Of a stretch of DNA of 64,000 bases, positions 1 to 12,459 are shown in pieces (the stretch's first letter is position 1; every line of letters starts with the position of its first letter). The translations under genes and the position numbers were made by a program. Source of the stretch: Negaprion brevirostris (Eukaryota); assembly GCA_030324005.1 (NCBI GenBank), contig JARDVH010000149.1, positions 21,186,697-21,250,696 on the forward strand, read 5' to 3'. The notes under the pieces were generated by a model that saw only the letters and a list, made by a program, of their open reading frames with translations, ran no database searches and had not been told where the DNA came from.

Positions 1-77
1 CAGATCAGCCATGATCTTATTGAATGGCGGGGCAGGCTCGAGGGGCTGGATGGCCTACTCCTGCTCCTATTTCTTAT
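1..77 (+). mobile_element. 3' tail of a CR1-clade LINE (shark HER1-like)
   Basis: gatcagccatgatcttattgaatggcggggcaggctcgagggg...ggcctactcctgctcctatttcttat. The same tail ends the RT-bearing copies at about 13670, 61110 and 63920. Confidence 0.85.
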
Positions 78-2316
78 CCCTGGCAGGGAATCGTATACGT
101 AAACCATGGTAGTGGCTTTACTTTGCATTCTGTAATAAACCATGTTCCTTTTCAGCTGGGCTTCCGGAGTCATTATACCAGGCTTTGGGGCAATTGGTGA
201 CTTCATCTAAAGATAGACTTTAATTATAAAGTTGTGATGTTGGGAGCTGGTAATTTTATTTTAAGTTTGATTCTCACCAAGTTTTATTTGTGATTTTCTT
301 TTGGTTTCAGCTGTGGTGTCCATTTAAAGTAACTAAAAATAAACTACAAATTGAACTTAGTGGATAATTGGTTTCTTCGAAAATGAGCATGTAAATTGAC
401 AAAAGAATCCACCAATTATCTTGAATTATCCTTAATTGCTAGCTTTATTTGCTTAGCAGTAAATTATGTCAGTCAACATTAGAATATTTAAGTGCCACAA
501 GGAGTGAGGGTAAGAAGGAGAAACATAAAAATCTTCTACAACCTTAACGGTTTCTAATTTTTAACTGGGGCTGATGGGGAATGTATCTGTGAGTATATTG
601 CTCAACTTTTAAATAGAAATGAAATGAGTGATAATCAGTGATGTCCAAAGGTTAATAGGCAAATTATTTGGATGCTTAAGTGCTTTGACAATGGATTTGG
701 GATGAGGGAGTTTTCAGGTAGAGTTGGGACCTCAATTAGTATCAAGGAATTGTTGCACTGGGGGCTCGAAATTCTTGGAGCATAATTCATTGCAAGTAAG
801 GTTTGGGTTAGCACACAATATTGATGTCAAAGAACACAGGATACTCCAAAACATGTCAAACTTGTATGCTGGTATTTTGTGAGGGCTGTGAGGTTCACCT
901 TAAACTTGCATTTATTGACACTTTCCAGAAAAACTGAAATCTTTCTGCAGTTGGGGGAGGTTTCTCTCCTATAGTAATCTGGAAGTGAATTTAAAATATG
1001 CTGTTATAAATTTATTAAAATTTGTGCCAGGAATGGCAAGATAAGTAATGACATCTGTGCTTGTGAACTGAAATGATGCACAAACTTGTACAGGCATAAC
1101 ATTTTGACAAATTTGCGTTGTATTTTTACATTCTGAATTGCATATGGCTTTCATGTTAAAATATAATGTTTATTAGATATTTTTTATGTACAGAATTTTT
1201 AAGATTTCTTCTCTAGGTTTTCACTTTAATATGGTTCTTTATTACACATCCTCCATGCATCTTTGGAATATAGCCTAGGTTTGTGGAAAAAATGTGAAAC
1301 TGATGAAAGAATTGGTGACGTTATATGTGAATTCTTATTCCTGTGTCCGACAAAATCACAGATCTCACTATTTGTAGAAAGGGTGTAGAATAATGTAAGG
1401 AAAATACAGAAAGACAGGGAGAAGTGGAAAGACGATGGAAGTGAGTGTGAACCCATTGTGGGGGGCAAAAAGACTGGGACATTGGTGCTTGATGAAGGTG
1501 AAGGCAAAGGTTTGTGACTGTGGCAGGATAGAAAATGAGGCCATGACTGATGGAGGGGAGATAAAAGCTTCCTGGTAATGCCAAGGAGAGCACTTCTGCT
1601 CTGCCTAACTCGCATGGAATGCCTCAGAAAGCACTTAACTTCATGACCCAGCATTCCCGTCACCTTTTCACTGCCAGATTTCCCAAATGCTGTCGACAAC
1701 ACTAAAGTTCAATCCAAACTAATTGTACTGTGGAAGCATAATTTAAATATGTCAATAAAGTACCCTACCTCTCCTTGATGGAACACTTCCACACCACAAA
1801 ACCTGCACTGAAAATCGTGCATGACAGTTAGGGTTGCATTTTCTGTTTTTTATTATTTGCCATTCTATGTAGCCTGTCATGTAGGGGGCGTCAGTGGTGA
1901 TGCGATTGTGTCAGTTAATCTTATCTTTAATGAAGTCTCTTTTCCCCTTGTCTCAGACCTCTTATTAAAATTTACAAAGTTACGAACTTGGGAGTTGGTT
2001 CAAATAGATAGAAGAGCAGAAATCTTCAAATCGTATGGGTTTCTTGGGTCACAGATAAAGTTCCCATTAGTTTGCGTGCATTTCAACCAGGCACTCCTTA
2101 CAGATTTTATTCTTATATAAGATTTGCTCACCAAAGAGACAACGGTGTTAATAATAAACCTATCTGAACTTTCAAATTATTTCCCCAGATTAATAGAGGA
2201 CAAACCAATGAATAATAAATACAGTTGCAAAAGGAATGGAATTATCTGACCATGTTCCAGGGCTCAAGAATCACTTCCGTATTGAAATATAAAATGCTCT
2301 TATTTAAACTCGTAAC

Positions 2317-2628
2317 ATGATGTGGAGATACAAGTGTTGGCCTGGGGTGGGCCACAGTAAGAAGTCTTTCAACACCAGGTTAAAGTCCAACATGTTTATT
2401 TGGAATCACAAGCTTTTGGAGCACAGCTCCTGATGAAGGTGCACAANNNNNNNNNNNNNNNNNNNNNNNNNNNNNNNNNNNNNNNNNNNNNNNNNNNNNN
2501 NNNNNNNNNNNNNNNNNNNNNNNNNNNNNNNNNNNNNNNNNNNNNNTGTTTATTTGGAATCACAAGCTTTTGGAGCACTGCTCCTTCAAAGCACTGTGCT
2601 GACCCACCTGGTGAAGGGGCAACGCTTT
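2317..2628. mobile_element. Penelope-like element terminal (pLTR) fragments with decayed hammerhead cores, spanning a 100-N gap
   Basis: atgatgtggagat...cagtaagaagtct...ggttaaagtccaac...agcttttggagcac is homologous to 32567-32817. Plus-strand ctgatgaagg occurs at 2430 and cacctggtgaaggggcaacgct at 2605. Confidence 0.7.
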
Positions 2629-2764
2629 AGTGTCCAAAGAGTTGTGAAACTCTTAACAGTATAGCCTTTTTTCAATTTCAGGACTCCTAGTTATTGGCAT
2701 CAGAGAATGAAATTCTGGAAAAAATATTCCAAAAGAGTATTCTTTTCAGGATAATCATTCTAAA

Positions 2765-2850
2765 AAGAACACACGTACAGGAGCACAAGAAATAGTAGCA
2801 GGAGGCCATCAGTTTCTTCAAGCCAGCGCCACCATTTAATACAATCATGG
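2765..2850 (-). mobile_element. CR1 LINE 3' tail fragment
   Basis: Reverse complement of the tail at 1-77 (gtagcaggaggccatc...ccatttaatacaatcatggc). Confidence 0.65.
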
Positions 2851-3034
2851 CAAAAATTTATCAATCCCAAGAAAATAATACTCAAGGAAAAAATATGTTG
2901 GATGCCTCCTTTCACATGCTCAGAGCATCTCATCATGCTTTCCAAACAAGTGCAGTCTCCTTTTTTAAAGACCGGAATGGCTGCCGGATTGCATGTACGG
3001 TCCCCCCAACTAGCAGTGAGCGAAAAATTATGTA

Positions 3035-3110
3035 GATTGAGGGATAAATATTGGTTAGGACATGGAGAATTGTGCTAGTTAGTGTCATGGGATCTTTTGA
3101 GTCTCCCAAT
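3035..3110 (-). mobile_element. DeuSINE (SacSINE1/AmnSINE-like) central-domain fragment
   Basis: gattgagggataaatattgg...gtcatgggatctttt resembles the reverse complement of the SINE at 16730-17160. Confidence 0.55.
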
Positions 3111-3154
3111 GATCATTTACAGAGAAAATTCAAATAATCCAAACAAGTTAATTT

Positions 3155-3690
3155 TAACAGCAACGGCATATTCTATTTATGTAGTGCCTAATAAAACTTT
3201 CCCCAACACTTCACGGGAGTGTTGGAAAGCAGAATTTGACACTGAGCCACGTAAGACCAAGCCTCCTCTGGCAGCACTTCAAAATCCTCAATCATCTGGA
3301 AGAACAAAGGCAGACAGCACATAGGAACACAACCACCTGCAAGTTACCCTTCAACTTCCACACCATCCTGACTTGGAAATATATCATTAGTCCTTCACTG
3401 TCACTGGGGCAAAATCCTGGAAATCATTTCCTAACAGCAATGTGGGTATACCTATACTACAAGGACTTCAGCAGTTCAAAAAATAAGCTCACCATTCATT
3501 AACTTCTCATGGGAATTAGCAGTGGTAGATGAATGTTGACCTTGCCAGTGATGCCTGCTTCCCATTAATGAATAGGAAGAAAAGTAATATTAGGACAAAT
3601 GCTTAAAAGCTTGGTAAGAGTAGGCTTTAAGGAAAGTTTTAAAGGATGAAAGAGACGTGGAGAGGTTTACGGAGAGAATTCCATAGCTGA
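3155..3690 (-). mobile_element. L2-clade LINE 3' end, interrupted by a + strand CR1-like LINE fragment (about 3256-3585)
   Basis: tttgacactgagccacgtaag|...|aatattaggac...aaaagcttggt...gagaattcca follows a recalled shark L2 3' consensus. The insert matches 23600-23835. Confidence 0.6.
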
Positions 3691-4408
3691 TTGGCAAATT
3701 GATTTTGATTAGTTGCAATATTGCTATGGGGAATGCACCAGGGAATTATTATCCCTCGAAAGTGTAATGCCTGGTCATGTTCTTTCTACTTGCAGAGGTG
3801 TAGGTCCCTATCTTCTAGCAAGTGTAAGTGAACTACATTCTGAGTCTGACCATCTTAATTTGGTTGATAGTGTAATCCCGAGCACGCTCTGGATTGTGCA
3901 GAAAGTGCCGTCCAATTACAGAATCTAATGTTAGACATTATGTTTTGAGTTTTGCAACCATTGGATGAGTGAGCATGGTCAGTATTTGGCTATTAAGAAC
4001 AGTTGAAGGAATATGCTGTTTGATACAATCTGTATCTAGCACCACTCTGGCACTGAAATTGAGATACCATATTGCTGATTTGTGTGGTAGATTTGGCTTG
4101 ATGGCAGCATCCTGTTGGTGGAATAAGCCAGTCACGTTACCATTGCACTGTAGTAGCATGAATTGACTAGGTTTATCTGTTGCTGAAATATTTCACATAC
4201 CTTACCCTTCTGGGGTAATTTGAGATTCGATATTTTTTGGGTTGTGGAAAAGGTGGCCTTCAGCTCAGTTGTGAATTTGTGATACACAACCAGCGATGAT
4301 TGGATTGAGGTAGGCATTATCCCACAGGATAGTTGTGTTGTGCCCTATTTCAGAGCCAAGCCTGCACAGTGAACAAATGGCTTGGGCCCTATTCATGAGC
4401 GGGTGGTA

Positions 4409-4782
4409 CGGGTGGTAATGGTGCAACAGTGGATAGCACTGCTGTCTGTCAGCTCTGAGGGTTTGGGTTCAATTCTGACCTTGGGTGACTGTGTAGAGTT
4501 TGTATGGTTTGCACATTCACTCTGTATCTTTGTGGGATTCTTTCTGGTGCTCCAGTTTCCTCCCACAGTCCAAAGATGTGCAGGTTACGTGGATCGGCCA
4601 TGCTAAATTCCCCTTTAATTTCCAAAGATATGTAGGTTGATTGGATTAGCAAGGTAAATATATGGGATTAAAGGGATGGGGGTTAAGGGAGGGCCTGGGT
4701 AAGATATTCTATTAGCGAGTCAGTGAAGACTCAATTGTTAGAATGGCCTCTGCTGCACTGCAGGGACTCTATGATTCTATGA
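4409..4782 (+). mobile_element. HE1-like tRNA-derived V-SINE, near full length
   Basis: Decayed A-box-like head, B-box gggttcaattc, V-domain (gctccagtttcctcccacagtccaaagatgtgcaggtta) and a CR1-type tail ending ctatgattctatga. Confidence 0.88.
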
Positions 4783-5342
4783 GTGGGCCTGCACAAATCC
4801 CAACACCTATATTGACCAGTGAAGGTAGGTTTACNNNNNNNNNNNNNNNNNNNNNATGAACGTTAAAGTTGGACCCAGAATTTATTGTCCTATCATTTTC
4901 ACTACCACTGCATGACTTACAACTGGAGCATTGTGCAAAGGAAAAATTATACCAGAGGACTGAAAGAGCCTTGCTGTGCACATACATAGCCAAATAAAAT
5001 TGGCAGTGCAAATAAGAAATGGTGTGGAAAAATTGTTACAGCAGAGGTGAGACTTGAAAACTCTTTATGAAGCTGTGATGGAGGTTTCTGTGGAATGAAA
5101 ACTTAAATATTTTGAAAAGAACGTAAAGGAATGATTGTGCCAACAAAGTTTACCCATGCACACATGTATATTTGATTGTGATGACTGGATAGCTCTTTCA
5201 AAGACCTAGTACAGGCACCTCCTGTTAAATTGGTAAATCTTGCCTGTTTTTATAAAACTAAAATTCCCATGCAAAAGTATAGACTTCAGTCATGATAAGC
5301 TTGTGTTTACCATAAAATTGAACTGTAGAAGAAAATATTGGT

Positions 5343-5540
5343 CAGTCTAAAGATGTGCAGGTTAGGTGTATTGACCATGCTAATATTGCCCTTAGTGTCC
5401 TGGGATGCATAGGTTTGAGGAGTGAGAGGGGTAGATATGTGTTACGGGGGTAGGGCTAGATGGGATTGTTGTTGGTGCAGACTTGATGGGCCTAATGGCC
5501 TCCTCCTGCACTATAGGGATTCTAAGAATTCTATCTATGA
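5343..5540 (+). mobile_element. HE1-like SINE, 5'-truncated
   Basis: cagtctaaagatgtgcaggttagg...tggcctcctcctgcactatagggattcta matches 4565-4782. Confidence 0.85.
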
Positions 5541-8500
5541 AAACTTTGTTTTAGCATGGCAAGAGTCTGTTATATTTGCGTTTTATTGACCTTAAATATG
5601 ATCATTTAAAAAAAAATCATTGTTCACTGACTGCCAAATATTATGAAACATAAAAATGCTTTTCATGAAGGATTGCATTTATCCCTCGCTTTAGGGCTTG
5701 GGCTGTCTTGGAGCTACTCCCCCAGTGTTATCATTAACCCTCACATTGTAAATAAACTGAAAACCACTTCAGTTATTTTTGATAATTTTGACGTGTAATT
5801 GGTTAACTCTGGGGATAATTTCAGAATTGAGCTAAGAAGGCTAAATAATAAGTGACTGTCCTTAATAAGTGAATGCCATAAAATAAAATCCTTCTGAAAA
5901 TTATGATATTGTTTTTCTGAACCTCTGTTTTAAATAGTAAATGTTGATGACCTAATCAGAAAAATTGGCTTGAGGTGTTGCTGAGCTGAATACAGTGGTT
6001 CAAGGCGGCTCAATTAACACAAATCGAAATCCAGTCATCAACCTGAGGGAGTTTCAGCTGCAAAATAGAGCTCCCTGAAGCTGTTTGATGAAAAAAAAAG
6101 GAACAAATGAATGGGGTGGTAATTTTTTGACTAGATGTACTGATCATGATAGTGAACCTCTTTTATTATTTTATTTTATGGCATTGCAGGTGATGGTAGT
6201 CACTCATTATTTAGCTTTCTTCGCTCAATTCTGAAGTTATTTCCAGAGTTAACCAGCTATACTGCGAACTATTAAAAAAATTGAAGTGGTTTTCAGTTTA
6301 TTTACAAATATTGTTTAAACTGGGAAGATTAACGACAGCACTGGGGAAGTAGCTCCAAGGCACCCCAAGCCGTAAAATGAGAGAGAAGTACAACATTTCT
6401 AAATCATAATTGAGCAACTAGAGGTATGTTCTTTTTGCTCTGCAGTTCTGTGCCTGGGCAGAGGGTAGTACACGTTTAAAAACATTTAAATCTGGTTTAT
6501 ATAGATCTGCTTGTCCGGGGACAACAAAAGGCTTGTCTTTTTAGCTATCAGGTTTGGAAGAGATATTTTCCCCGAGATTGTGAATCCAATCTAGTAATGT
6601 ACATTGATTCTTGATTTTTGAGGATAAATGAAAAAAAGTTTATTAATATGGACGAGAAGCATATATTTATAATCAATTGAATATTTAGCACAGCAGCATT
6701 TTGTTTGAAGTCAGCATCTTTAAGTATTTTTGCTTAAAACTTTGCAGTTGAAGCTAACTTAATCAATGAGCTGCAGTCATCAATATGTGTATGGTTGGAA
6801 GTATTGATTGGTAAGGATTTTAGACAGTGCATGTGAAGCTTATAATGTCAGTGGTAGTTTGATAATGAAAAGAGTGGAACCTGGGGGAATGGAGACAGGT
6901 GGTGCATGTCCTATAGCCAGCAGTGACATGGCTGCTTTGAATCCCACTAGAGACATGGATCATGCCCTACTCTTTGCAAATGTGTCTGCTTGGTATATAC
7001 CAGTTTCCTGTTCAAAATAACAAGCTTGAAACTAGATCACAAAATAAATGGTTGTTGAAATAGGAAACAATAGGATTTCAGGGGGGAAAGAAGTGGTCTT
7101 GGAATCCTTAAAAACAGGTGTAGAGCACAGTACAAATACTTAGCCACCACAAGGTTAAAACTGTTTTACTGCAGTTATTTTTGATGCAAATTTCTAAACA
7201 AAGTAATGTTGCATTTTAATGTACAATACTTACTTGTAATACCAACACAGTGATGATCCCTCTGTTCCACTATCTTTGTACATTCAAACCTCACCAGGTT
7301 TGGTGATTCATTTCTTTTTGATAATGTTTAAGTTATTTATATAAAATGCAACTTGCATTTTCTGTAGAATGCTTTTCTACATTCAGTTGACGTTACTTCA
7401 CATGACTGGGTTTGCTTTGCAATTTTAGTGTGCACAAGAAAATCATGTTGATTTTAACTACAAAAACTATTTGAGTGCATTTAATTGAATGGAATTCTTT
7501 TTTGCTCAATTCCACCTTGTATTTTATTGTTGTATGGTGGAATGTAAAACTGAATGGTAGTCTGTACAGTATGGTATGATCATATAATCTAACTCCTCTA
7601 AACCTACAAAATTGGACTATTTGCACACTTCTCTGTGATAAATGTTTCCTCCATAATGTAGTTTTTGTGATCAACAGTTCAGTATCTTAAAATCCTTTTT
7701 ATTTGGCGCTGTCATATTCTTTATAAATCTTTGTTTGATAAAATGGATGGTATGCCAGAAGAGTATCAAAAACTAATTGGTAAACTTGGGTATTTAAGTA
7801 ATTCTTATGTGTTGACTAAATGGCCTTAATGGTTAGTAGTGCATTGGAACGGGTTTGTAATTGCAGAAAGGTATGGGCAAATATAATCAATAATATATTG
7901 CAGCGAAGAGTGCAAGACTTCCTGGAAAATAGGAGAAGGGCTAATTAGTGTCTTGTGTAATATAGCCTGCAATATTCTATCAGCTGCTTTGCCTGCCTCT
8001 GAAACAGTTCCGCCATGAAGTATGTTTACTTTAGCAGCGGAAGGAATTGATTGTTTAGAATTGCAAGAGTTTATGTAAAGATACCAAAGTTAGTTTGTAG
8101 AAGGCAGATCTGTGGCAACATGTGGTTGAAGGGTTAAATGGAGTAATGGGTCACACGTGTGATTCTTTGCTGTTGTTTGATTATAGTAATAGTTACAACA
8201 GGATTAATTTGTACAATTTAGAACAAACATTTTTGCAGGCAAATCCGTTGTAGGGAAAAAATATTTTGCATGATTGGTGATGACTGCTTAACTAAGTGCA
8301 TGGGCTATTTAACCTTAAGTTACTGCTAGAAATGTAGTGTTCGGCATTCAAGAGAACTGGTAAGAAAACTGTTACGTGTGCAAAATAATGTTTAATTTAT
8401 CAGGAAGGTTCAAATTGGCTTTAGGCAATCCAGCCACAGCTTGAACTGGTTCACTGGGACCACAGGAAAATTTAATTAGCTATTTCTCATCCACATGTAA

Positions 8501-9886
8501 AATATATGAATATAAAGTGAAAATGTAATTAACATTACCAACCATTTTAAGAAAATTGTTTGTTTAATATAAACTATATGGCTTATAAGATGTAAACACA
8601 AGAGTTAGCTTGCTATAATGAAAATGTAAAAAATATTTTGCCCCATCTGAAGGTGAATAGATTTTTTTCAAGAAGAAAGATGTTTTTTGAAAAGGATTGA
8701 TATTATGAAAGTGGTATGCAGTGAAATATTTAATATACTTGTAAAGCTATTTTATTTGATTTTTGACATGTTGCCCTATTTCCATGTGTTGTTGGAAATG
8801 TATTTAATATGACATTATAGATTATAACATTTATGGCTATGAAGAAGATGATTTCAAGTAACCTAAATTTACAATTTTAGAGCAATTCCTAACATTGGTT
8901 TAAATGATAGACAAATATGTTGAATACAATATAGCCTTCTATGCATATTTTACAGAAGTGGAAAGAACACTAATATTAGAAATATTTAAGTTGCTGTGAG
9001 TTTGATTTTAATATGGGATTTCAGCCAGTACAGTGTAGTATCCTTTATCTGAGCAGCTGATTTTGCCCATAAGCATCTCTGTCTTTTCTGCCCCCTCCTT
9101 GCTTACACAGGTACTGTGCCCTCCAGCATTTTCATTGATTGCATTGTTTCAGCAGCATGCTTTTGAAACTTGACCTCAATACTACTTAAAAAAAACTATG
9201 TATCTTTTAAACGTTTAATAATCTAAAGTTGCAGTTGTGTGTAGCTTAAAAGATATAATATTTTTTAAAAACCCTTTTTTGTGTTGTAAAATGGTTCATG
9301 TGTTAAAACATTTCATGTGCCTACCATTTTGTATTGCTTAAAAAAAAATGACAGGCTGGAGAAAGGTGATGCTTTTTGTGGTCTTCCCTTTTGTCCAAAA
9401 CCACATACTCTACCATTGGTTTTCTAATCCCATCAGCCCCTGTTTCTAGGTAACAGCCAAAGCTCTGGCAGCAGTGGCAGTCTGGGCCAAGATAAGCCCA
9501 TGTGGTTTGGTGTTATTTAGTATGATCCATATGGCTAAGCTGAAGAGAGTCCCAGGAGAGGTGTTAACACTCAGCATCCCAACCTCCAATCCCCTGGGAG
9601 GTTGTGTGAGGTAACCCCTGCAGCCTGTCCATGTGTGAATCTTGATCGGGTTTTCCATATTTAATGAAGGTTGATATTGTTTCTTATTACAAGTGATTGA
9701 CTGCTCATTGCTTCTTTTTACAAATGATAAGTGCGCTGTTTCTTGAACTGTCTTCCATTTTGCAATGAAGCACAGGAGGGTGGGGAGTGGGGGTTAGCAG
9801 GAGAGGAAGGTGTAATTGTATGGTGTAGTTAATATTAGATTTACTGGCCCCATAAGATGCATAAATTCTCTGTTTTCTCTCCACAG

Positions 9887-9936
9887 GAAGTTCTGCAGAC
9901 ATTGACCAAGTTTTGTTTCCCTTTCTATGTGGACAG
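9887..9936 (+). CDS. DENND1A: DENND1A internal coding exon (50 nt; probably orthologous to human exon 4), uDENN region
   Basis: Polypyrimidine tract and ccacag acceptor end at 9886; donor is ag|gtactg at 9937. Translates EVLQTLTKFCFPFYVD plus 2 nt, matching recalled human DENND1A rather than DENND1B (EILQSVPKFCFPFDVE). Phase joins the 25113 exon correctly. Confidence 0.96.
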
Positions 9937-10571
9937 GTACTGTTATCATTGCAAAGTTTATGAGATAAAGATGCTATAAAATTGCTCTGGAAAATAACAA
10001 AGAAACATGCTTGTGTTTGTGCCTTTAAAATCTCATTTAAAGCACCCCCCTCGCACATAAAAATGAGGAAACTGTTTTTATTTGCCTGTTAAGCAGGTAT
10101 TGTAATTTACTGCAGGTGCTCTGAATCATAATTCTGTTTAGTGTCATCATAATGCTGCTGTTCTCTTGAAGTTGAAAGCAGTAGAGTGCCTAAGAGAAGC
10201 TGTAAATTAAATCTTCACTTCAGCAGAGCAGAACCATGGGTGGTTTGTGAATGTTACACATACCATCCCAGTTTCATGCACTTCAGAAATATTCATTGGA
10301 CTTTTGGCAGTGTTAATTATAAGTTAATGAAAAGGGGGAACGGTGCTTACTTAAGATTTGTGGGAACTATTTTGTGACTGTTTTATTTTAAAATCTTGAC
10401 ATGGTGTGATTATGTTTGTAACTTTGTCCATCCTTTTCCCTCAGCAACTAATTTTAATTTCAGCTTATTTGCAAATGTTTGCAATAAGATTAATATTCAA
10501 ATCAGTTCTTGTTTAAAAATTGGCTGTACCTTTTGCTTTTTAAAACCTAAACAATATATTTACTTACTTAA

Positions 10572-10590
10572 TAGCGCCCTCTGTAGATAT
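10572..10590 (-). promoter_or_regulatory. Candidate CTCF site
   Basis: Minus-strand atatctacAGAGGGCGCTA matches the 3' half of the CTCF core and retains its CpG. Confidence 0.35.
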
Positions 10591-10869
10591 TTTGAGAAAT
10601 GCTTTGTCATTGAATACTTTTTTTTGAAAGAAAATGCTTTATTACTTATCATCATGCACTTATTATTGAGCAAGCTGAGGTGTTAACTTTGGGTTATGTG
10701 TGCTGTAACATTGAGTATATTAAAATTATGAGCAAATTTAATTTTCATGGCTAATATGTTATTAGAGAAGGCAAAAATTCAACTTTGCTGGCTTAATTTT
10801 TTATTAATCACAGTAGATCATATCCAGCAAAGTTCTTGCATGAGCTAACCAAGACCTATAAACTGTGTG

Positions 10870-11250
10870 CAGTGCAGTTAGTATTGTGCTATCCCCTCCC
10901 CTCTGTGCTGCACTCCTCCTTCCATTTGACATTTACCTTTGCTGTGGAATTAGTATCCTTATTGCATCAGTACTTCCTGAAATCCCTATTCCATTTCATC
11001 CTTTCCACATCACCCCCATTTGCCCATTCCATCACTCCTGCCATCCACTCATCCTTCCCTGCTGTTCTAATCAATTCCCCAAATCCTTCAACCAGAGCAA
11101 CTCTGTTGTTGGGCTCCTTTTACCTTGCGCTGTTCCATTCTCCCCGTCACCACTGTCGGTGGCAACTGTTGGCAGCCACATGTGCCTCAGGCACTCCAGT
11201 CAGCAACACATTAGAGCAGCTATGCCTCACAATGGTAATCACTATCTAAA
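10870..11250 (+). mobile_element. Old L2-like LINE 3' fragment
   Basis: Pyrimidine-rich cccattccatcactcct...ttctccccgtcaccactgtcggtggc resembles L2 3' regions; heavily decayed. Confidence 0.4.
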
Positions 11251-12459
11251 GGTCACAGAAACCTAAAGGCTCATGTTTGGGGCGGGGAGGGAGAGGGAAG
11301 AGCATGTGGACAGATGACAACTTTGAGCTTTGCTTCTCATACTTTCTGATCTCTTGGCCTACATTCATTGGCAGAAGATGGAATGTCTCCCAACTGTGGG
11401 AAGGGTTGGGGTATGGAGTGGGGAGGAAAGGGTCCAGGGAAAGTGGAAAATCAGGTGGGAGAGTTCAATCCTTCAACATACAGGACGCCTTAGTGTTGCA
11501 GTAAAATTTTACAAGATTTATTTAACCAGCTGTCAGCCCATGGTTGTAAAATTTCAATGGAATGACAGTTGTGACAGACCAAAAACTCTGTTGTTTTATT
11601 ATTATTATTATATATTACTCAGCTAATTTATAATACATTTCATGATGAGTGTCACAATACATTCCTACTTTTTGCTGGAAATGTTTAGAAAATTTTTTTG
11701 GCACTTTGCCAAAGGATGGGAAAATTGTGAGCAAATGTTTGATTGTGACATTTATACAAATACAAGTAGTGGCAGAACAGCACTGCCAGTAACCTGGACT
11801 GATTTTCTTGGTTGGAGAGTGGTGACACATGTTAGGTGAGAGGATAGGATTGTGGCTANNNNNNNNNNTAAGTGCTTTATCCTTCTTTTGAATGAGTTTG
11901 CTCATCAGATGCATTTGCTAATTTGACAATCCCGGACAATTTGAGCTATGTCAATGTATAAGGCATATGTAATGACACTGTGTTCCCATACGCTATGTAT
12001 ATGCTGAATTTTGATTTTAGACCTTTGGTTTGTTGGAAACCTCATAGAGAAACTAGTTTTTAGTATATGGAAACTCATTTTTGGATGTTCAGTCATTGAG
12101 CATATTCAAGACAGATTGCTAGATTTTTGGATACTAAGCATTTTTTTTTCATGAGATAATGTTGGCAAAACCAGCATTTGTGGCCCATCCCTAATTACCC
12201 TTGAGAAAGTGTTGATACGCCATCTTCTTGAACAGCTGCAATTTACCTGGTGTAGGTACACTCACTGTACTGTTGGAAAGGGAGTTTCTGTTGCATGATC
12301 AAAGGCAATGAAGGAATGGCAATACAATTCCAACTCAGAATGGCATGTGATTTGTAGCGGAATTCGTAGGTAGCTGTTCTTGTTTTTCTAAGTGGTAACA
12401 GTTGCAAATTTGGAAGATGCTGTTGAAGGCAAATTGATGTAGTTTATCTTGTATTTTAT

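Noticed and set aside
1226-1702. 158-aa minus-strand ORF
   Set aside because: Low-complexity S/P/H/L-rich translation with no recognisable domain; probably an old repeat remnant.
4409-4490. tRNA gene
   Set aside because: The A/B-box-like motifs are SINE heads that continue into a V-domain and LINE-type tail; no cloverleaf can be formed.
1-9886. Preceding DENND1A exon (expected DPEVQRQFPEDYSDQ-like)
   Set aside because: No matching reading frame with splice sites was seen; it is presumably upstream of the window.
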